64,000 bases of DNA, taken from NCBI RefSeq assembly GCF_004010195.1, contig NC_057749.1, positions 23,167,246 to 23,231,245 on the forward strand, in the 5' to 3' direction. Both the position numbers and the translations under genes were made by a program. Below, in pieces: positions 39,270 to 52,519 of this stretch; position 1 is the stretch's first letter, and each line of letters starts with the position of its first letter. This DNA is from Chiloscyllium plagiosum (lineage: Eukaryota). Under the pieces are notes generated by a model, which was not told the DNA's origin, did no database searches, and saw only the letters and a list, made by a program, of their open reading frames with translations.

Positions 39270-39948
39270 TGTGATAAGGATCTGAAATCTGGATACAAGC
39301 TGAAGTAACTAGTTGTTGTCAGGATCAACACTTTAATACATGCTTTTACTAACATAGGCAGCAATAAAATGGCTTCTTAATGCAAATAACATGACAAAAT
39401 GGCTTCTGGGCTGCAAATTGACGATTCTGCTTGAAGTTGCATAAAATGGCTTTTAACCCTGTTAAAGCTGCATAATTGACTTAACCACAGTTTGTCTCCA
39501 CAGAGATTAGCAGAAAATGCTTCCTTTACAGCATAGAAATAACTAGACTAGAGAAGACCTTGCTGGCCATCCTAACTGACCTTCAAGAACAGATGCAGAG
39601 ACTACGTTTGTGAGGTAGGAGTACTTGGATGCTGGAAAACAAAGTTGGTTCCCAGGAAATATCATTGGGCTAAGTTGCTGTCAATAAAACCATTTCATTA
39701 AAATTGATTGGTAATTGTTTGAATGTGTTCTATGATTATGGCCTGTACCTCTCTTTAAGAAAAGTATAAAAATATCTTTGTTTTAAGCCATGTGTGCAGT
39801 TCCACTGAGGAACACGGATGTGTTGTGTCCTTTCAAGGGGTGTCCAATATACAGGATCCATCAACTGAGGAGGCAGTTTGTAGGACGTTTCATTGCCTAT
39901 ATTTAACCTGGTGTCCTGAGACTCCATGGTGTCCAGAGTTAATATTCA
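39270..39948 (+). mobile_element. Probable solo LTR
   Basis: TG...CA termini and a TATAAAA motif; no TSD seen. Confidence 0.35.
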
Positions 39949-40908
39949 GGGCACTGAGGGTAACTCCCTTCCAACTGCTTAGGACTGTGCCTCAATCTCC
40001 TCTCTACCCTCCTGACTTTGATCATAATCTGCTGTAAAACAATGGCCAGAACTGTCCACAGTTCTCAGGCTGGGGTCTAACTAGTATTTTATATACCTCT
40101 AGCAAAACCTCCATGTTCTTATATTATCGGCCTTGACCAATCAAATGAAGTATCACGTATTGACCACTTTATCGACTTGTCCAATCGCCTTTAGGAATCT
40201 GTAAACACAAAGCTCCCACTGTTCCTGTACATTAGTCAGGAGTCTGTGATTTCTTGAGTAATCCTGTGGCTATTAGTCTTAGAATCATGGAGTCATACAG
40301 CACAGAAACAGAAGAGATTTACCAGGATGTTGCCAGGTATGGAAGGTTCGATTCATAAAGAAAGGCTGGATAGACTTTGATCCTTCAGTCTAATCAGTCC
40401 ATGTTGAACATAATCCCAAACTAAACTAAACCAGTCCCAAATGCCTGCACCTGGCCTATATCTCTCCAAGCCTTTCCTATTCATGTACTGATCCAAACGT
40501 CTTTTAAATGTTGTAGTTGTGACCACATCGACAACTTCCTCAGGGAGTTCATTCCACATGCGAACCACCCTCTGTGTAAAGAATTGCTCCTCATGTCTTG
40601 TTGAAATCTCTTTCCTCTCACCTCGTCTTGAATGCCCCATCCTCGGGAAAAGACAACTACCATTAACTTTATCTACACCCATCTTTAGTTTATAAAGTTC
40701 TATAGAATTGCCTCTCAAACTCTATGCTTCAGTGAAGGATGTGCCAGCCTATCCAGCCTTTCTTTATAAGTCAAACATTCCATACTCAGCAACATCCTGG
40801 TAAATCTCTTCTGAACCCTCTCCAGCTTAATAATATTCTTCCTAAAACTGGACAACCAGAACTGGATACATATTCGAACATATTACCTCAAACTGTTGGG
40901 AGGTGGTG

Positions 40909-41116
40909 TGTAGTGATTGGAACCATGGCTAGATGGATCTTATTGACTATGAAATTCTTGTTCACCTGGACTAAAAGTAGGGAGTCCTGGCTCACAGATA
41001 TAAACAGGAGATTCAGAAGGTCTCCTCAGTTGAGGAACTGGTTTTTAGCTCAAGTACAGTGTGTGGGTAAATAAAGGGTGACTTGGTGATGGGATACCGG
41101 CTCTGTGGTTATTTCA
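40909..41116 (+). mobile_element. Solo LTR family A
   Basis: TGTAGTGATTGG...AATAAAGGGTGACTTGGTGATGGGATAC...TTCA, with TATAAA inside and an imperfect 5-bp TSD (TGGTG/TGATG). Confidence 0.7.
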
Positions 41117-43239
41117 TGATGGCCTAGTGGTATAATTGTGAGACTGTTGCTCTAAAGGCACAGGAAATGTTCTAGGGGCCTGGATTTGAATCCTCCCATG
41201 GAATTTGCTTCAATTAAATTCAAATTAATAGTCTAATAATGACTATGAAACTATATCAACTGTTGGAAAGAAAAAATCTGGTTCACTAATAATCAAAGGA
41301 CCATAAGTTAAAGGAGCAGAATTAGACCATTTAGCCCATCGATTCTGCTCTGCCATCTGGTCATGGCTGATGTGTTTCTCAACCGCATTCTCCTGCCTTT
41401 TCCCCATAACCCTTGATCCCCTTACCAATCAAGAACCTTTTTATCTCTGTCGTCAATGACTTGGCCTCCACTATCCTCTGCTGCAATGAGTTCCTCAGAT
41501 TCATCATCCTCTGGTTGAAGAAATCCCTCCTCATCTCAGTTCTAAAGGGTCATTCCTTCATCAATGTCCATGAGGAAATGTAACTGCTGTTTTTTACCTG
41601 GTCTAACCTATATGTGACTCTTGACCACCCTCTGGGCAATTAAGGATGGGCAATGAATGCTGCTCTAGTCAGTAAAACCCACATCCCATGAGTGAAAAAA
41701 ACGTCACCAGATTGAAATGTATTCGTCACTTTTCTGCCCAATTAATCAGTCTACTGATGTCTTCCTACAGTCTACACATTTCTTCCTCACTATTAAGGTC
41801 AATCAATTTTCATATCATTTGCACACTTATTAATCTAGTTGCCTACAGTTAAGTCGAAACAGTTGATATAAACCATTAATAGCAGGTGACCTATTGTAAT
41901 GCTGAATCCCATGGGGAACCCATTGGAAACTGCTTTCCCATCACAAAAACACCAGTTGACTAAAAGTTTTTTGTTGGAATATCAGCCTCCATTTTGTGAT
42001 AAATTGTTTAAAATGGAACTTGAACCTATGATCCTCGACCAGGATGGAAGTTCTCCTCACCGGGCCTATGGGTGAAGCCTTTGTGAATTTTTCCCCTACG
42101 TATCTTCCAAGAAACATCAGCTTGAATCTGTTTAGCTTGTTTAATGTGGAAAACCGCCACAAGGTGCTTCAGAAACGAACAATGAGAAAAAAAGAGGCTT
42201 ATCAGGAGAAGTGACCAACCGCTAGATTGAAAAAAAGAGTGTTGGGAAGATGACTGGAAAGGAGAAGAACTGGTGGATAAGGACAAGAATACCTGAGTGT
42301 TGGACTAGATTTAAAATAACCTGTTCCCTAATTCGTTCCTGACTATATTGTTCTTGCAAATATTGACCCAAATCCATTCCATAAACATGTCCAGCAAACA
42401 TTTTTGCCAATTTGGGCAAATTCCCCAGAATTATTTTAGTACTTACCTCAGTTACACTTCCTTGATTTACTCCCTACCCAACACTATGATGACTACTTGG
42501 TTGAGGAAGGCGCATAAATTGCTCTCACCAATGGTGGCTCAGTGGTTAGCGCTACCGCCTCAGGGACGCTGGGTTCAATCCCACCCTCGGGTTTCCTCCC
42601 ACAGTCCAAAGATGTTCAGATCAGGTGGATTGGCCATGCTAAATTACCTGTAGTGTGCAGGCTCGGTGGGTTAGCCATCAGAAATGCAGGGATTGAGTGG
42701 GATACTCTTCAGACCTGCTGGACCAAATGGTCTGCTTCCATCCTGTAGGGATTTTATGTGAAACGTTTATGTCCTTTACTATTCTTAGGTCTACCCAGAC
42801 TGATTGGACATCCTGATTTTCTACTGAAATGATTCTTTAATCCTGCTGTAACATCACCTTTTATTATCAAAGCCACCTATCCATTTGTCTAATTTAATCT
42901 AAATTTTCTGGAATATTTAGTTCCAAACTTTGGTTATCCTGCCGTCAAGCCTAGTAATAGCTACCAGATCAAATTCATGCTTCACTATCAGCTCCATTAA
43001 TTAATCTATATTGTTACAAGTGCTTTTTGTATGTGGATATGGCCGCTTCTATATTACCTTTTTAATATGATTCCTTACATGACATTGCCCTCACACTGTC
43101 ATTAAACGTTTTGTCCATTCCTAACAAAACCTGTTCACTTTTACCCAAGTCACTCATTATCCATATTAGTTTAAAACCTTCATTATTTGAATCACCAGGA
43201 ATTTAAGGAAATTGGGGCATGTGTGTTATTTACACTTGA

Positions 43240-43690
43240 TTACGCAAATCATTATTTGGCTCAGTTCACCTGCTGCTGAAACCCTCATTCATGTCTTTGT
43301 TAATTCTGAAGCAGTCTATTCAATGCCATTCTTGGCTGGTTATCCACATTCTATCTTATGCAAGTTTGAATCTATCCAAGGCTGCCTGTGTCTTAACTCA
43401 TAGTAAGTTCCATTCTTCAATCATACCTATGCTTGCTACGCATTGGCTCCCAATCTAAAACTATCATGATTTTAAAATTCTAATGCCTCTAATTTTCAAA
43501 AGCTTTCCCGACTTTGCCAGTCCTTACGTCTGTAATCTCCTATAACCATACACCCTCTGAGATATCTACATTTCCTTAATTATGTTTTGTTATACTTTCC
43601 CAGTTTGGTAACTGCACCTTCAGTTGACTGGATCCCAAGTTGTGCAATTCTCTCCCTACATATCTCTGAGCTCTACTTCACTTTTCTCCT
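43240..43690 (+). mobile_element. L2-type LINE 3' fragment
   Basis: SPAAETLIHVFVNS..YS..LAGYP and HWLPI motifs. Related minus-strand pieces at ~5540-5870 and ~7700-8560. Confidence 0.65.
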
Positions 43691-43733
43691 AGTACAGTAC
43701 AGTAGAGCTGAGTTTATTTGTCATTTCTACCAG

Positions 43734-44252
43734 ATACAACTGTTACCGTAAAAAAACGAGACACCGTTCCTCCGGGACCGAGAAGACATTTCTCAAAACC
43801 TACCGCTTTGACCAAACGTTTGGTAATCAGACCTATCAATTTGTGACTCTCTGTTAATGTTTCTGTGTTTGATTCAATGGGTTGAAGGCACTTTTTAAAA
43901 TAACTCATTGTATGGTTTAGTTCCGTGACCATTAAACATGGAAAGAAAATGGGGGTTATCCCATTTTTGTGTTGGGCGAGGAATTTCTCTCATAAAGACA
44001 AGGAACATTCAGTGCAAATGCGAGATAGAAAAGAACTTCTCACTTCTGACTTGCATCTCTACTTGATTTTTCAGCCAGTATTACTTGGCAGTTGATTTTT
44101 GAAGGAATTTGAGAAGAAATATCTGCCTACAAAAGAACGAATCTTCATTATCCCTATGGAGCAAAACTCTGAATGTGACCCAACAAACAGTGCATCTAAA
44201 TCATGTTATGTTGCGTTATTTGGCATTTCATACTCAAATAGCTACCTGAGGG
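43734..44252 (+). CDS. Two candidate exons (43734-43822, 44105-44252) of an unidentified gene
   Basis: tttctaccag|..|gtaatc, then ttgaag|..|gcaagt (GC donor). Phases are compatible: ..PRRHFSKPTALTKRL|EFEKKYLPTKERIFIIPMEQNSECDP... The first exon is locally CpG-rich. Confidence 0.35.
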
Positions 44253-45649
44253 GCAAGTTTTTAGAATGACTGCTTCATTATTTTTTCCTATGAATAAATA
44301 TTTTAAAATAATACTTCCTTCCAACTATACATGTGCCAATAACAAATGGTCATGATCTGGAATTCATTTAATCACAGGCTAAGGCAGACAGCACTATATC
44401 AGGCTGTGCTGTGCCCAAGTGGCGAAGGATAGATTTGGCCTAGAACTCAGCAAAGTCTGAGTTCTCATTTATGTTCTCCCTTCTAACACAGGAAGGGCGG
44501 AGATGAGGATGGAGGACTGTTAATCCCCCTGGGATGCAACTAGGCCACATCCTCAAAGTCCTGCTACAAAAACATAAGAGAGAACTGCAGTGGCACGGTG
44601 GGTCAGTAGATAGCCGAGCTGCCTCACAGCACCAGGGACCCAGATTCGATTCTACTCTTAGGCGATTGTCTATCTGCAGTTTGCACACTCTCCTCGTGTC
44701 CGTGTGGGTTTCCTTCGGGTGCTCTGGTATTCTCCCACTGTCCAAAGTTGTGCAGGTTAGGTGGATTGGCAATGCTACAGTGTCCAGGGATGTGCAGGCT
44801 AGGTGGATTTGCCATGGGAAATGTGGGGTTACTGAGATGAGGTGGGTCTGGATGGGATGCTCTTCAGAGGTTTGATGGGCTGAATGGCCTGCTTCTACAC
44901 ATTAGGGATTCTATAACCTATCCAAATTAGGTGATTACTTTGTATAACCCATTATTCAGTTCACAAATACAATCGTGAACAGCCAAGCATCTGTCACTTT
45001 ATTTCCAGTAGTCATGAAAAAGATATTTCCTCATCTGGAGCAATCTAGAATCAGAGGTCATTGTTTTCAACTGATTTAAAACAGAGATGACAAAAAAATT
45101 ACTTCTCTCAAAGGGTCGTGAATCTATGTAATTCACTAGCCCAGAGTGCGATGGGTGCTGGGACATTGAGTAAATTTAAGGAAGAGATAGATAGATTTTT
45201 AATTAGTAATGGGTTGAAGGGTTATGGAGAGCGAGCAGAAAAGTGAAGGTATGATCATAACAAATGTGGAGCAGGCTCGAGGGCCTACTCATGGTCCCAG
45301 TTCTGTGTTCCTATGCTCTCTTCTCCATTCCCACTCTGACTTCACCATCTTTAGCCTTCTATTGTTGCAATGAAAGTCAGCAGAAACTGGTTGAACAGTA
45401 TCCCACTTTGTCATTAAACACTTTACACTCTTTCCCATTCGTCTCTGAATTCAGCAAATTTATGTCAGATTTGTTCTCAATTTGATGAACAGCAATTGTT
45501 GGTAATGTTGTGGGTTTTGCCTATTGAAAGATATTTTACCTGACATGACAATGTTTCTGTTCTCTCTAGTACCAAGAATTAGAATTAGAATGAACTTTAT
45601 TGTCACATGTACTCAAATGAGCACAGTGAAAAGTGTATAAGTCACCAAC

Positions 45650-46500
45650 CAGAAGAAATTGGTGAGGATAACATGGTATTGAAGGATCCAACAGATGTTT
45701 ATTACAACTCAATAATATATAGATATTACTTTCACACTCACATCAGCGTCTTGACTCACATTAAGGTATTAAGAAACAAAATGCAGAATTTTTCCATTGA
45801 TGTGTCATGCTTCAAGTGACCGAGTGAAGTTAGAGAATTTTTTACATTGGGTCATATGCTATGATACAATGAACATGTTCCTTTAAGGAGTACTGATAGA
45901 CTGGTCATGAAAGATAACACACATTGTCCCTTTTCTAAAGATAAAACTATCCCAAGCAGATATATATATGATGCAGAGGCATGTGTTGTCAATATAATTA
46001 CACAAGCAAATAAAATAGAGTCGACAAGATTAGCATTTTAAAATTCTGTGTAATGTTTTGTAGATTTAACAACTCACCCTGATCTGGAGATTGAAGCTGA
46101 GTGCTCTCCATTGCACATGTTTGGCAACTTGATGTCTTGCTGCTGGTTGCTGTCACTCAGCATCACCACACAATCATTATCATCAGAGTGTTCGTCCTCA
46201 CTCTATCTGTGCATGATTGGTGTGTCCTACACTGATCTGAGCAGTTCCTGACCCTCCACAATGCATGATCAAGAATGGCTTTGCATGATCTGGGTTGGTT
46301 ACATATTCTAGGAATCTTTGCTGGCATCCAAATATTTGGATTTGGGTTTCTAACTCGCACTCTCTTCCCAGTGCTGAGTTTTGTACCTGCTTGATTGTCA
46401 TGTATTTCTTTTATTCTCCTCTGTGTTTGAAGAAGAATATTCTGTACCTCAGAAAGATTAGGCAATTGAATGCTGGGAGAGGTCATTCGTACTAACCGTC
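45650..46500 (-). mobile_element. Gypsy-type LTR retrotransposon 3' remnant (integrase C-terminus, PPT, LTR)
   Basis: ORF 46163-46507 (..GKRVRVRNPNPNIWMPAKI..QPRS..) resembles a Gypsy integrase tail. Purine tract AGAAAAGGGAC (~45927-45937) precedes TG, and the LTR is homologous to 60218-60490. Confidence 0.6.
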
Positions 46501-49010
46501 TGAACATAAACTATGTTGGGGATGATAATCCTTTCTCTGCTGGTGGTGTTCAAAAATGCTGGAATGCAATGCAGGACTGTAAGAAACTACAGAGAGTTTT
46601 AAACACAGCCCAGTCCATCACACAAACCAACATTTCATCCATTGACTCCATCTACACTTCTCACTGCTGTGGGAAGGCAGCCAACTTCATCAATGACCCC
46701 TCCCATCTCAGTTATAATCCCTTCCAACCTCCAACTTCTTTCATCAAGCAGAATATATCAAAAGCTTAAATACATGTATCAAGCGGTTCAAGAACAGCAT
46801 CTTCCCCGCTGTTACCAGACTTCCAATGGACCTCTCACATTTCAAATCTAATGTTGATCTTGCTTTTTGTGTGCCTTCTCTGCAGCTAAATCTTTATATT
46901 CCTTGCTCTGCTCAATCACCCTCTAATATTTGTATGGTATATCTGCCCGTACGGCACACGAAACAAAACTTTTCACTGCACCTAGGTATGTGACAATAAT
47001 AAATCAATTAATGATCACTGAGTTGATAGTCCCTATCACACGAGACCATTTGAGCGTGGATATAGGGTGACAATATGGTATGGGTCACTCCCCACTGAGT
47101 ACAAATGTTTTGAATTGGTTTACCAGTGAATTGCATCCATTCTCAGCCACTGTCCACACTGAATAAACTGAAAATAACACTCATCATCTCAGTGAGTTGG
47201 GTTGGCACATCGTTTGAAAATGGCAAGTTAGGAGAAGTAATCTATCACAAAGACATAAACATCCCCATGCGTTGTGAATCGGTCTATGATTACTTTTCTC
47301 CAAGGAATGGATGGAACATCATGAGGATTAGAGGGTTTCTTTGCTGTTGGAGTTGATGCATTTGGCATGCTTCATGCATTCATTAATCTGTGAATATTCT
47401 CTTTCATCCCTGATGTAACATGGACATGATAATCCAGTGTAACGATTTTGATATCAAGACTTGCCTGCCCTAGAAAATTACTTAGGAGAAAGTGAGGACT
47501 GCAGATGCTGGAGATCAGAGTCGAGAGGGTGGTCCTGGAAAAGCACAGCAGGTCAGGCAGCATCCGAGGAGCAGGAGAATTGATGTTTCAAGCGTGAGCC
47601 CTTCACCCATGCAGACACAGGAAAAATGTGCAAACTCCACACAGACAGTCAGAAACGAACCCAGGTCCCTGGCGCTGTGAGGCAGCAGTGCTAAACCCTG
47701 AGCCACCATGCTGTTTTGAACAGTATGGTTCAATTCCTGCATCAGCTGAGGTGACCATACAGGACTCTCCTTTACAACCTCCACTGTGTTGTATTCTGGT
47801 CGTTACATTACCAAAAAGATGTGGATGCTTTGGAGAGGGTGCAGAGTAGGTTCACCAGGATGTTGCCTGGTGTGGAGGGTGGTAGCTATGACGAGAGGTT
47901 GAGTAGATTACGATTATTTTCATTAGAAAGACGGAGGTTGAGGAGGGAACCTGACTGAGGTCTACAAAATCATGAGAGGAATAGACAGCGTGCATAGCGA
48001 AAAACATTTTCCCAAAATGGTGGACTCAATTACTAGGGGTCACAAGTTCAAAGTGAGAGGGGAAAGGTTTAAGGGAGTTACGTGTGGAAAGTTCTTCATG
48101 CAGAGGGTGGTGGGTGCCTGGCATGCGTTGCCAGAGGAGGTGGTAGAGGTGGGCACGATAGCGTCATTTAAGATGCATTTAGACAGATACATGAATGAGC
48201 AGGAGCAGAGGATTACGGATCCTTAGAAAATAGGTGACAGGTTTAGATTAGATTACCTACAGTATGGAAACAGGCCCTTTGGCCCAACAAGTCCACACTG
48301 ACCCACCCAAGAGTAACCCACCCACACCTATTTACCCCTGACTAATACACCTAACACTATGGACAATTTAACATAGCCAATTCACCTGATCTGCACATCT
48401 TTGGACTGTGGGAAGAAACCGGAGCACCCGGAGGAAACCCACACAGACACTGGGAGAATGTACAAATTCCACACAGGCAGTTGCCTGAGTCAGGAATCAA
48501 ACCCAGGTCCCTGGCGCTGTGAGGCAGCAGTGCTAACCACTGAGCCACCATGCCACCCTAATCAGATAAAGGATCTGGATCAGTGCAGGCTTGGAGGGCC
48601 AAAAGGCCTGTTCCTATGCTGTAATTTTCTTTGTTCTTTGTTTTCTCCCTATTGTCTGAGGCACAGAGACCCTCAGGTTAAACCACCTCTCTCTCTCTCT
48701 CTCTCTGTCTCTGTCTTTAATGAGAATGTAGGAATGTGGTTAGGTTGGACTTTAGTGACTGTACCTTTACTCTCAATCTCATTGATGCATTTGTGTACGT
48801 GCCTATTCTCCTGCTGCCATTGCTGTGATGTTATACTGTCTTGTTAGCGTTTTGTTCTGGGGTCTGGCTTGGCCTTTGAAACTAGGTTTCCCACATATGT
48901 AGGTCAAAGGTCCCTTCATGCCACATGTTTTACAGATACCAAGAAAAGACAGACATGTTTTGAATGGGAGCAACAAACTGTATGTGTTAGAGAGTTTGCT
49001 GGCTTGGCGA

Positions 49011-49209
49011 GCTTTGCTGACTGTTGCAATGATGTGTGTTGTACTAGATACACATAATTGTCGTAGGCCTACCCTATGGATTCATGATAACACCAGTAAA
49101 ATTTTCTTGTCATATTTGAGCACGACACATTTGTCTTTGCTGACTGTTGCAATGATGTGTGTTGTACTAGATACACATAATTGTCGTAGGCCTACCCTAT
49201 GGATTCATG
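49011..49209. repeat. Direct repeat of about 75 bp, two copies
   Basis: CTTTGCTGACTGTTGCAATG...CCCTATGGATTCATG at ~49012 and ~49135. Confidence 0.9.
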
Positions 49210-49750
49210 CACCCATCCATCCAAAGGAATGTGTTAAAGGCATGTCTCTTTCTCTAATAGGAAAACTCCTCCTGACAGGATTTGATTGGTGATCAATTGA
49301 CTGAGCTGCTCTGATAGATTCTCTTCCGAAAAGTCACACTCGCACCCTTTGCTGCATTATCTGGCCAATAGACTTTTGGGGCTCCTGTTTTTAACACAAA
49401 TTGGAGTCTGTTAACCTTGAAATTAATTCTTACCTAGAGCTCATCTTTGAGAACCATCCAGTTCTTTTCTGTGTCTTTCTGACTGTCCACAGGAAAAAAA
49501 AACACTTGGGTTAATTCTGCGAATCACATCAAGTCAATGGCAAGTGAAATGATCAGACAGAGGTCAGCCGGGTGGACAGCATAAAATATGAGTTCCCTGC
49601 ATCATAAAGCTGTTCCTTTTACAAGGTTACTGCGCCCTTGAGTTTTTTTCACAGAGGCTCCAGCTAGGCGGGGTTTAAAAGGTTTATTGTTTACCCCTAA
49701 CAGATAATGCCTCTGGCCTAAGGCTTTCGTGTCTTTAAAAAACCAGTATA

Positions 49751-50671
49751 ATCCTTCTGACCTTTTGGGATTTAAGCCGGAGGTGTCAGAAAAGTTACCA
49801 CAGGGATGGCCACCGGGATGCTTGGTGGCCCCCATGCATTCATGGCGACATTGCTTCTTGATCCTTCGATGTTGGTTTTTCCTACCACTGTGAAGCCGAA
49901 TTCACCAAGCGCTGGATTGTTCACCCACTAAGAGGAAACGTGAGCTGGATTTAGACCGTGGTGAGACAGGTTAGTTTTACCCTACTGATGTTGTGCTGTT
50001 GCAATAGTAATCCTGCTCAGTACGAGAGCAGATTCAGACATTTGGTGTATGTGCTTGGCTGAGGAGCCAATGGTGCGAAACTACCATCTATGGGATTATG
50101 ACTGAACGCCTCTAAGTCAGAATCCCACTTAAATGTAACAATACCCTAGTGCCGTGGATCGCTGGTTGGCCTAGGATAACCAACTCCGGTCAGTATGTAG
50201 AGCCGTTTGATTCTGGTCTGGAGTGCAGCCATATGGGCACCGCCTCACTCCTTTAATCACACCTCATGTTCTTGGGGAACCTGATGCCGCTTAGGGCAGC
50301 ACGGTGGCTCAGTGGTTAGCACTGCTGCCTCACAGTACCAGTGTCCCAGGTTCGATTCTGTGTAGAGTTTGCACATTCTCCCCGTGTCCGTGTGGGTTTC
50401 CTCCGGGTGCTTCAGTTTCCTCCCACAGTCCAAAGATGTGCAGGCCAGGAGAATTGGCCGTGCTAAATTGCCCATTGTGTTAGGTGCATTAGTCAGAGGG
50501 AAATGGGACTGGGTGGGTTACTCTTCGGAGGGTAGGTGTGGACTTGTTGTTTCCACACTGTAGTGAATCTAATCTAAATCATTCATAGACGACCTGATTC
50601 TGGCTAAGGGTTTCATAAGTAGCAGAGCAGCTACCTCCCTGCGATCTATTGAAAGTCATCCCTCGAGCCAA
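49751..50671 (+). pseudogene. 28S rRNA 3'-terminal fragment (pseudogene), interrupted by a SINE at 50294-50575
   Basis: Recognisable LSU blocks: GGAGGTGTCAGAAAAGTTACCACAGGGAT, GGATTGTTCACCCACTAA, GTGAGACAGGTTAGTTTTACCCTACTGATG, GGGATTATGACTGAACGCCTCTAAGTCAGAATCC and terminal GCGATCTATTGAAAGTCA. Many substitutions, and GAACCG is deleted after the sarcin-ricin motif AGTACGAGAG (50019-50028). Confidence 0.93.
50294..50575 (+). mobile_element. HE1-type SINE inserted into the 28S pseudogene
   Basis: tRNA-like head GGTGGCTCAGTGGTTAGCAC and AATCT tail; 28S sequence resumes as AAATCATTCATAGACGACC. Confidence 0.9.
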
Positions 50672-51060
50672 CCAGTGAGCCTTACGTCTGTTGTAGGAAA
50701 CATTTTGGAAAGGATTATATGAGGTAGGAGTTATAATCATCAAGCAAGCAACAATTTGATTTCAGATAGTCAAAGTGGTTTCATCAAGGGCTTGTACGAG
50801 GGGGCATAACTACAAATTGAGGGCTGATAGATTTAAGACAGATGTCAGAGGCAGGTTCTTTACGCAGAGAGTGGTAAGGGCATGGAATGCCCTGCCTGCC
50901 AATGTAATTAACTCAGCCAGATTAGGGAGATTCAAACAATCCTTGGATAAGCACATGGATGATAATAGGATGGTGTAGGGGGATGGGCTTAGAATAGTTC
51001 ACAGGTCAGTGCAATATCGAGGCCGAAGGGCCTGTTCTGCGTTGTATTGTTCTATGTTCT
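50671..51060 (+). mobile_element. Internally deleted CR1 (HER1-like) LINE fused directly to the 28S fragment
   Basis: 50672-50791 translates PVSLTSVVGNILERII*...SDSQSGFIKG (start of CR1 RT). It then jumps at GGC to the ORF2 C-terminus/3' UTR, which is nearly identical to 14082-14355 and ends in TTCTATGTTCT. Confidence 0.85.
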
Positions 51061-52302
51061 AAGGGGACGTGGCCAGCTGTCTAGCTGTGCAAGTCAGTTC
51101 AGTTCGGGGGTTAGTTGAGTCAGGGTCACAGTTGAAACTGGAAGGGCTCTCCCTCCTTCTGCCCTCCTGACTTCGTAACCTTTAAGCTTTTTGTGTCATT
51201 TTTTCTCTTTGTGCTAAGGGATGTGTTTATTGGGACCGTTGCAAGTATTTTCGGAACAGCATCATTAATTCAGGATAATCTGTTGGGGTTTTGGGTAGGA
51301 TAAGTTATCCAGTATTCTATTTTCTGTTCTTTATGTTTCATTCCATAATTTTGTAAATAAATCCTGTTTGTTTAAAACTTGGCAGTTGGACCAGCTAATT
51401 ACCTCCGGGAATATCAACTATATACTTACCTGAAACAATTAGCACAGTTACAGTCTGGGGTACCTGCTTATAAAATGTTTTGAGGGGTCCGGCGTAGTCC
51501 ATGACACCTGACTGGGGCTGTTAACCTGGTCCAATCAGGGTGCCTGGCTGATAAAGAGGAGTGTCAGGAGTTATGCTCACTCTGAAGAACCTGGGTCAGT
51601 GTCAAGTACTATGCATGTGTAAGTAAAGGGTGACTTGGTGATAGGATAGCGGCTTCTATGTCGTTTCTTCATATGTAAGACCTTTAGTGTTTTTTTCCCC
51701 TCAGGATCATGTGATCCTTTAAATAGAATTACATACATTATTTGCTCAGTAATGATGTCACTGGGTAGCTAGTCAATCTGCTTTTCATTTCTCTTTGTCA
51801 CTCTTCTCTTTAAAGAAGTACAATGCAATAACAATAGAGAATGTTGGGAAAAAACCTCAGGTATGGCTGCATTCTTTCTCTGTGGAATTCAATAGGACAA
51901 TTTTCTGAACTGAAAGAGAGGGGTAATTATTTTTTAATACTGTTGACAAGGTGGGAAGAGGAGCAAGTAGAACAGACAGTGAGGATGTCCATAGCAAAAG
52001 GGGAAGGGATTGCTAATAATAGTTGAGGAGAGATGTAGATACAGAATAGGTGTGAATAGTAGAAAGTAGATCAATTTTGCTGAGAGGAAACCCATGCAAA
52101 TAAGACACTGTGAGGTTGAATGGAAGGTACTGTTCATGGTCTGAAGCTATTGCATGCAATGTTAGGTCCTGAAGATTGTAAAGTGCCTAAAGAGAAAGTG
52201 AGGTGCTTTCCATGGGCTTCACTGGAATACTACAGCATGCCAAGGATGGAAATGGGAGCAAGAGAGCAATATGGTGTACTGAAATGGCAAGCAACTGGAA
52301 GG

Positions 52303-52519
52303 AAGTCAGGCAGCATCCAAGGAGCAGGAGAATTGACATATCAGAAATGAGCCCTTCTTCAGGAAGGGCTCATGATGGCAAACGTTTGTCCTTCCTGAAG
52401 AAGGGCTCATGCCCGAAACGTTGATTCTCCTGCTCCTTGGATGCTGCCTGACCTGCTGCGCTTTTCCAGCAACACATTTTCAGCTCTGATCTGCAGCATC
52501 TGCAGTTCCTCACTTTCTC
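52303..52519 (+). mobile_element. Penelope-like terminal-repeat insert, second family
   Basis: Perfect 15-bp TSD CAAGCAACTGGAAGG (52288-52302, 52520-52534), inverted arms and a 3' tail. Relatives at 8197-8406 (TSD AGGTAGTGAAATAG/AGGTAGGGGAATAG), 16677-16776, 47484-47605 and 57791-57940. Confidence 0.8.
52393..52424 (+). ncRNA. Minimal hammerhead ribozyme motif
   Basis: TC-CTGAAGA-A-GGGC(TCAT)GCCC-GAAA-CG-TT^GA: intact core and palindromic AACGTT, but stem I is very short. Confidence 0.6.

Larger units (their letters stand above)
49600..51506 (+). mobile_element. Solo LTR (Gypsy-like, 'LTR-B'), split by the 28S-CR1 insert
   Basis: Ends ...ATGACA, contains AATAAA (~51356), and is flanked by 4-bp CCTG duplications (49596-49599, 51507-51510). 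The 5' end reads CATCAT instead of TGTCAT. Confidence 0.65.
49545..51671 (+). mobile_element. Solo LTR family A copy, split by LTR-B (parts 49545-49599 and 51511-51671)
   Basis: The two halves join into a sequence homologous to 40909-41116, 61692-61922 and 63593-63798, sharing the TAAAGGGTGACTTGGTGAT...TTCA end. Confidence 0.65.

Noticed and set aside
49751..50671. Functional rRNA gene or R2-type insertion
   Set aside because: Only the 3' part is present, with substitutions, a damaged sarcin-ricin loop and a SINE insertion. The adjacent LINE is CR1-type and joins at the rRNA 3' end, not at the R2 target site.
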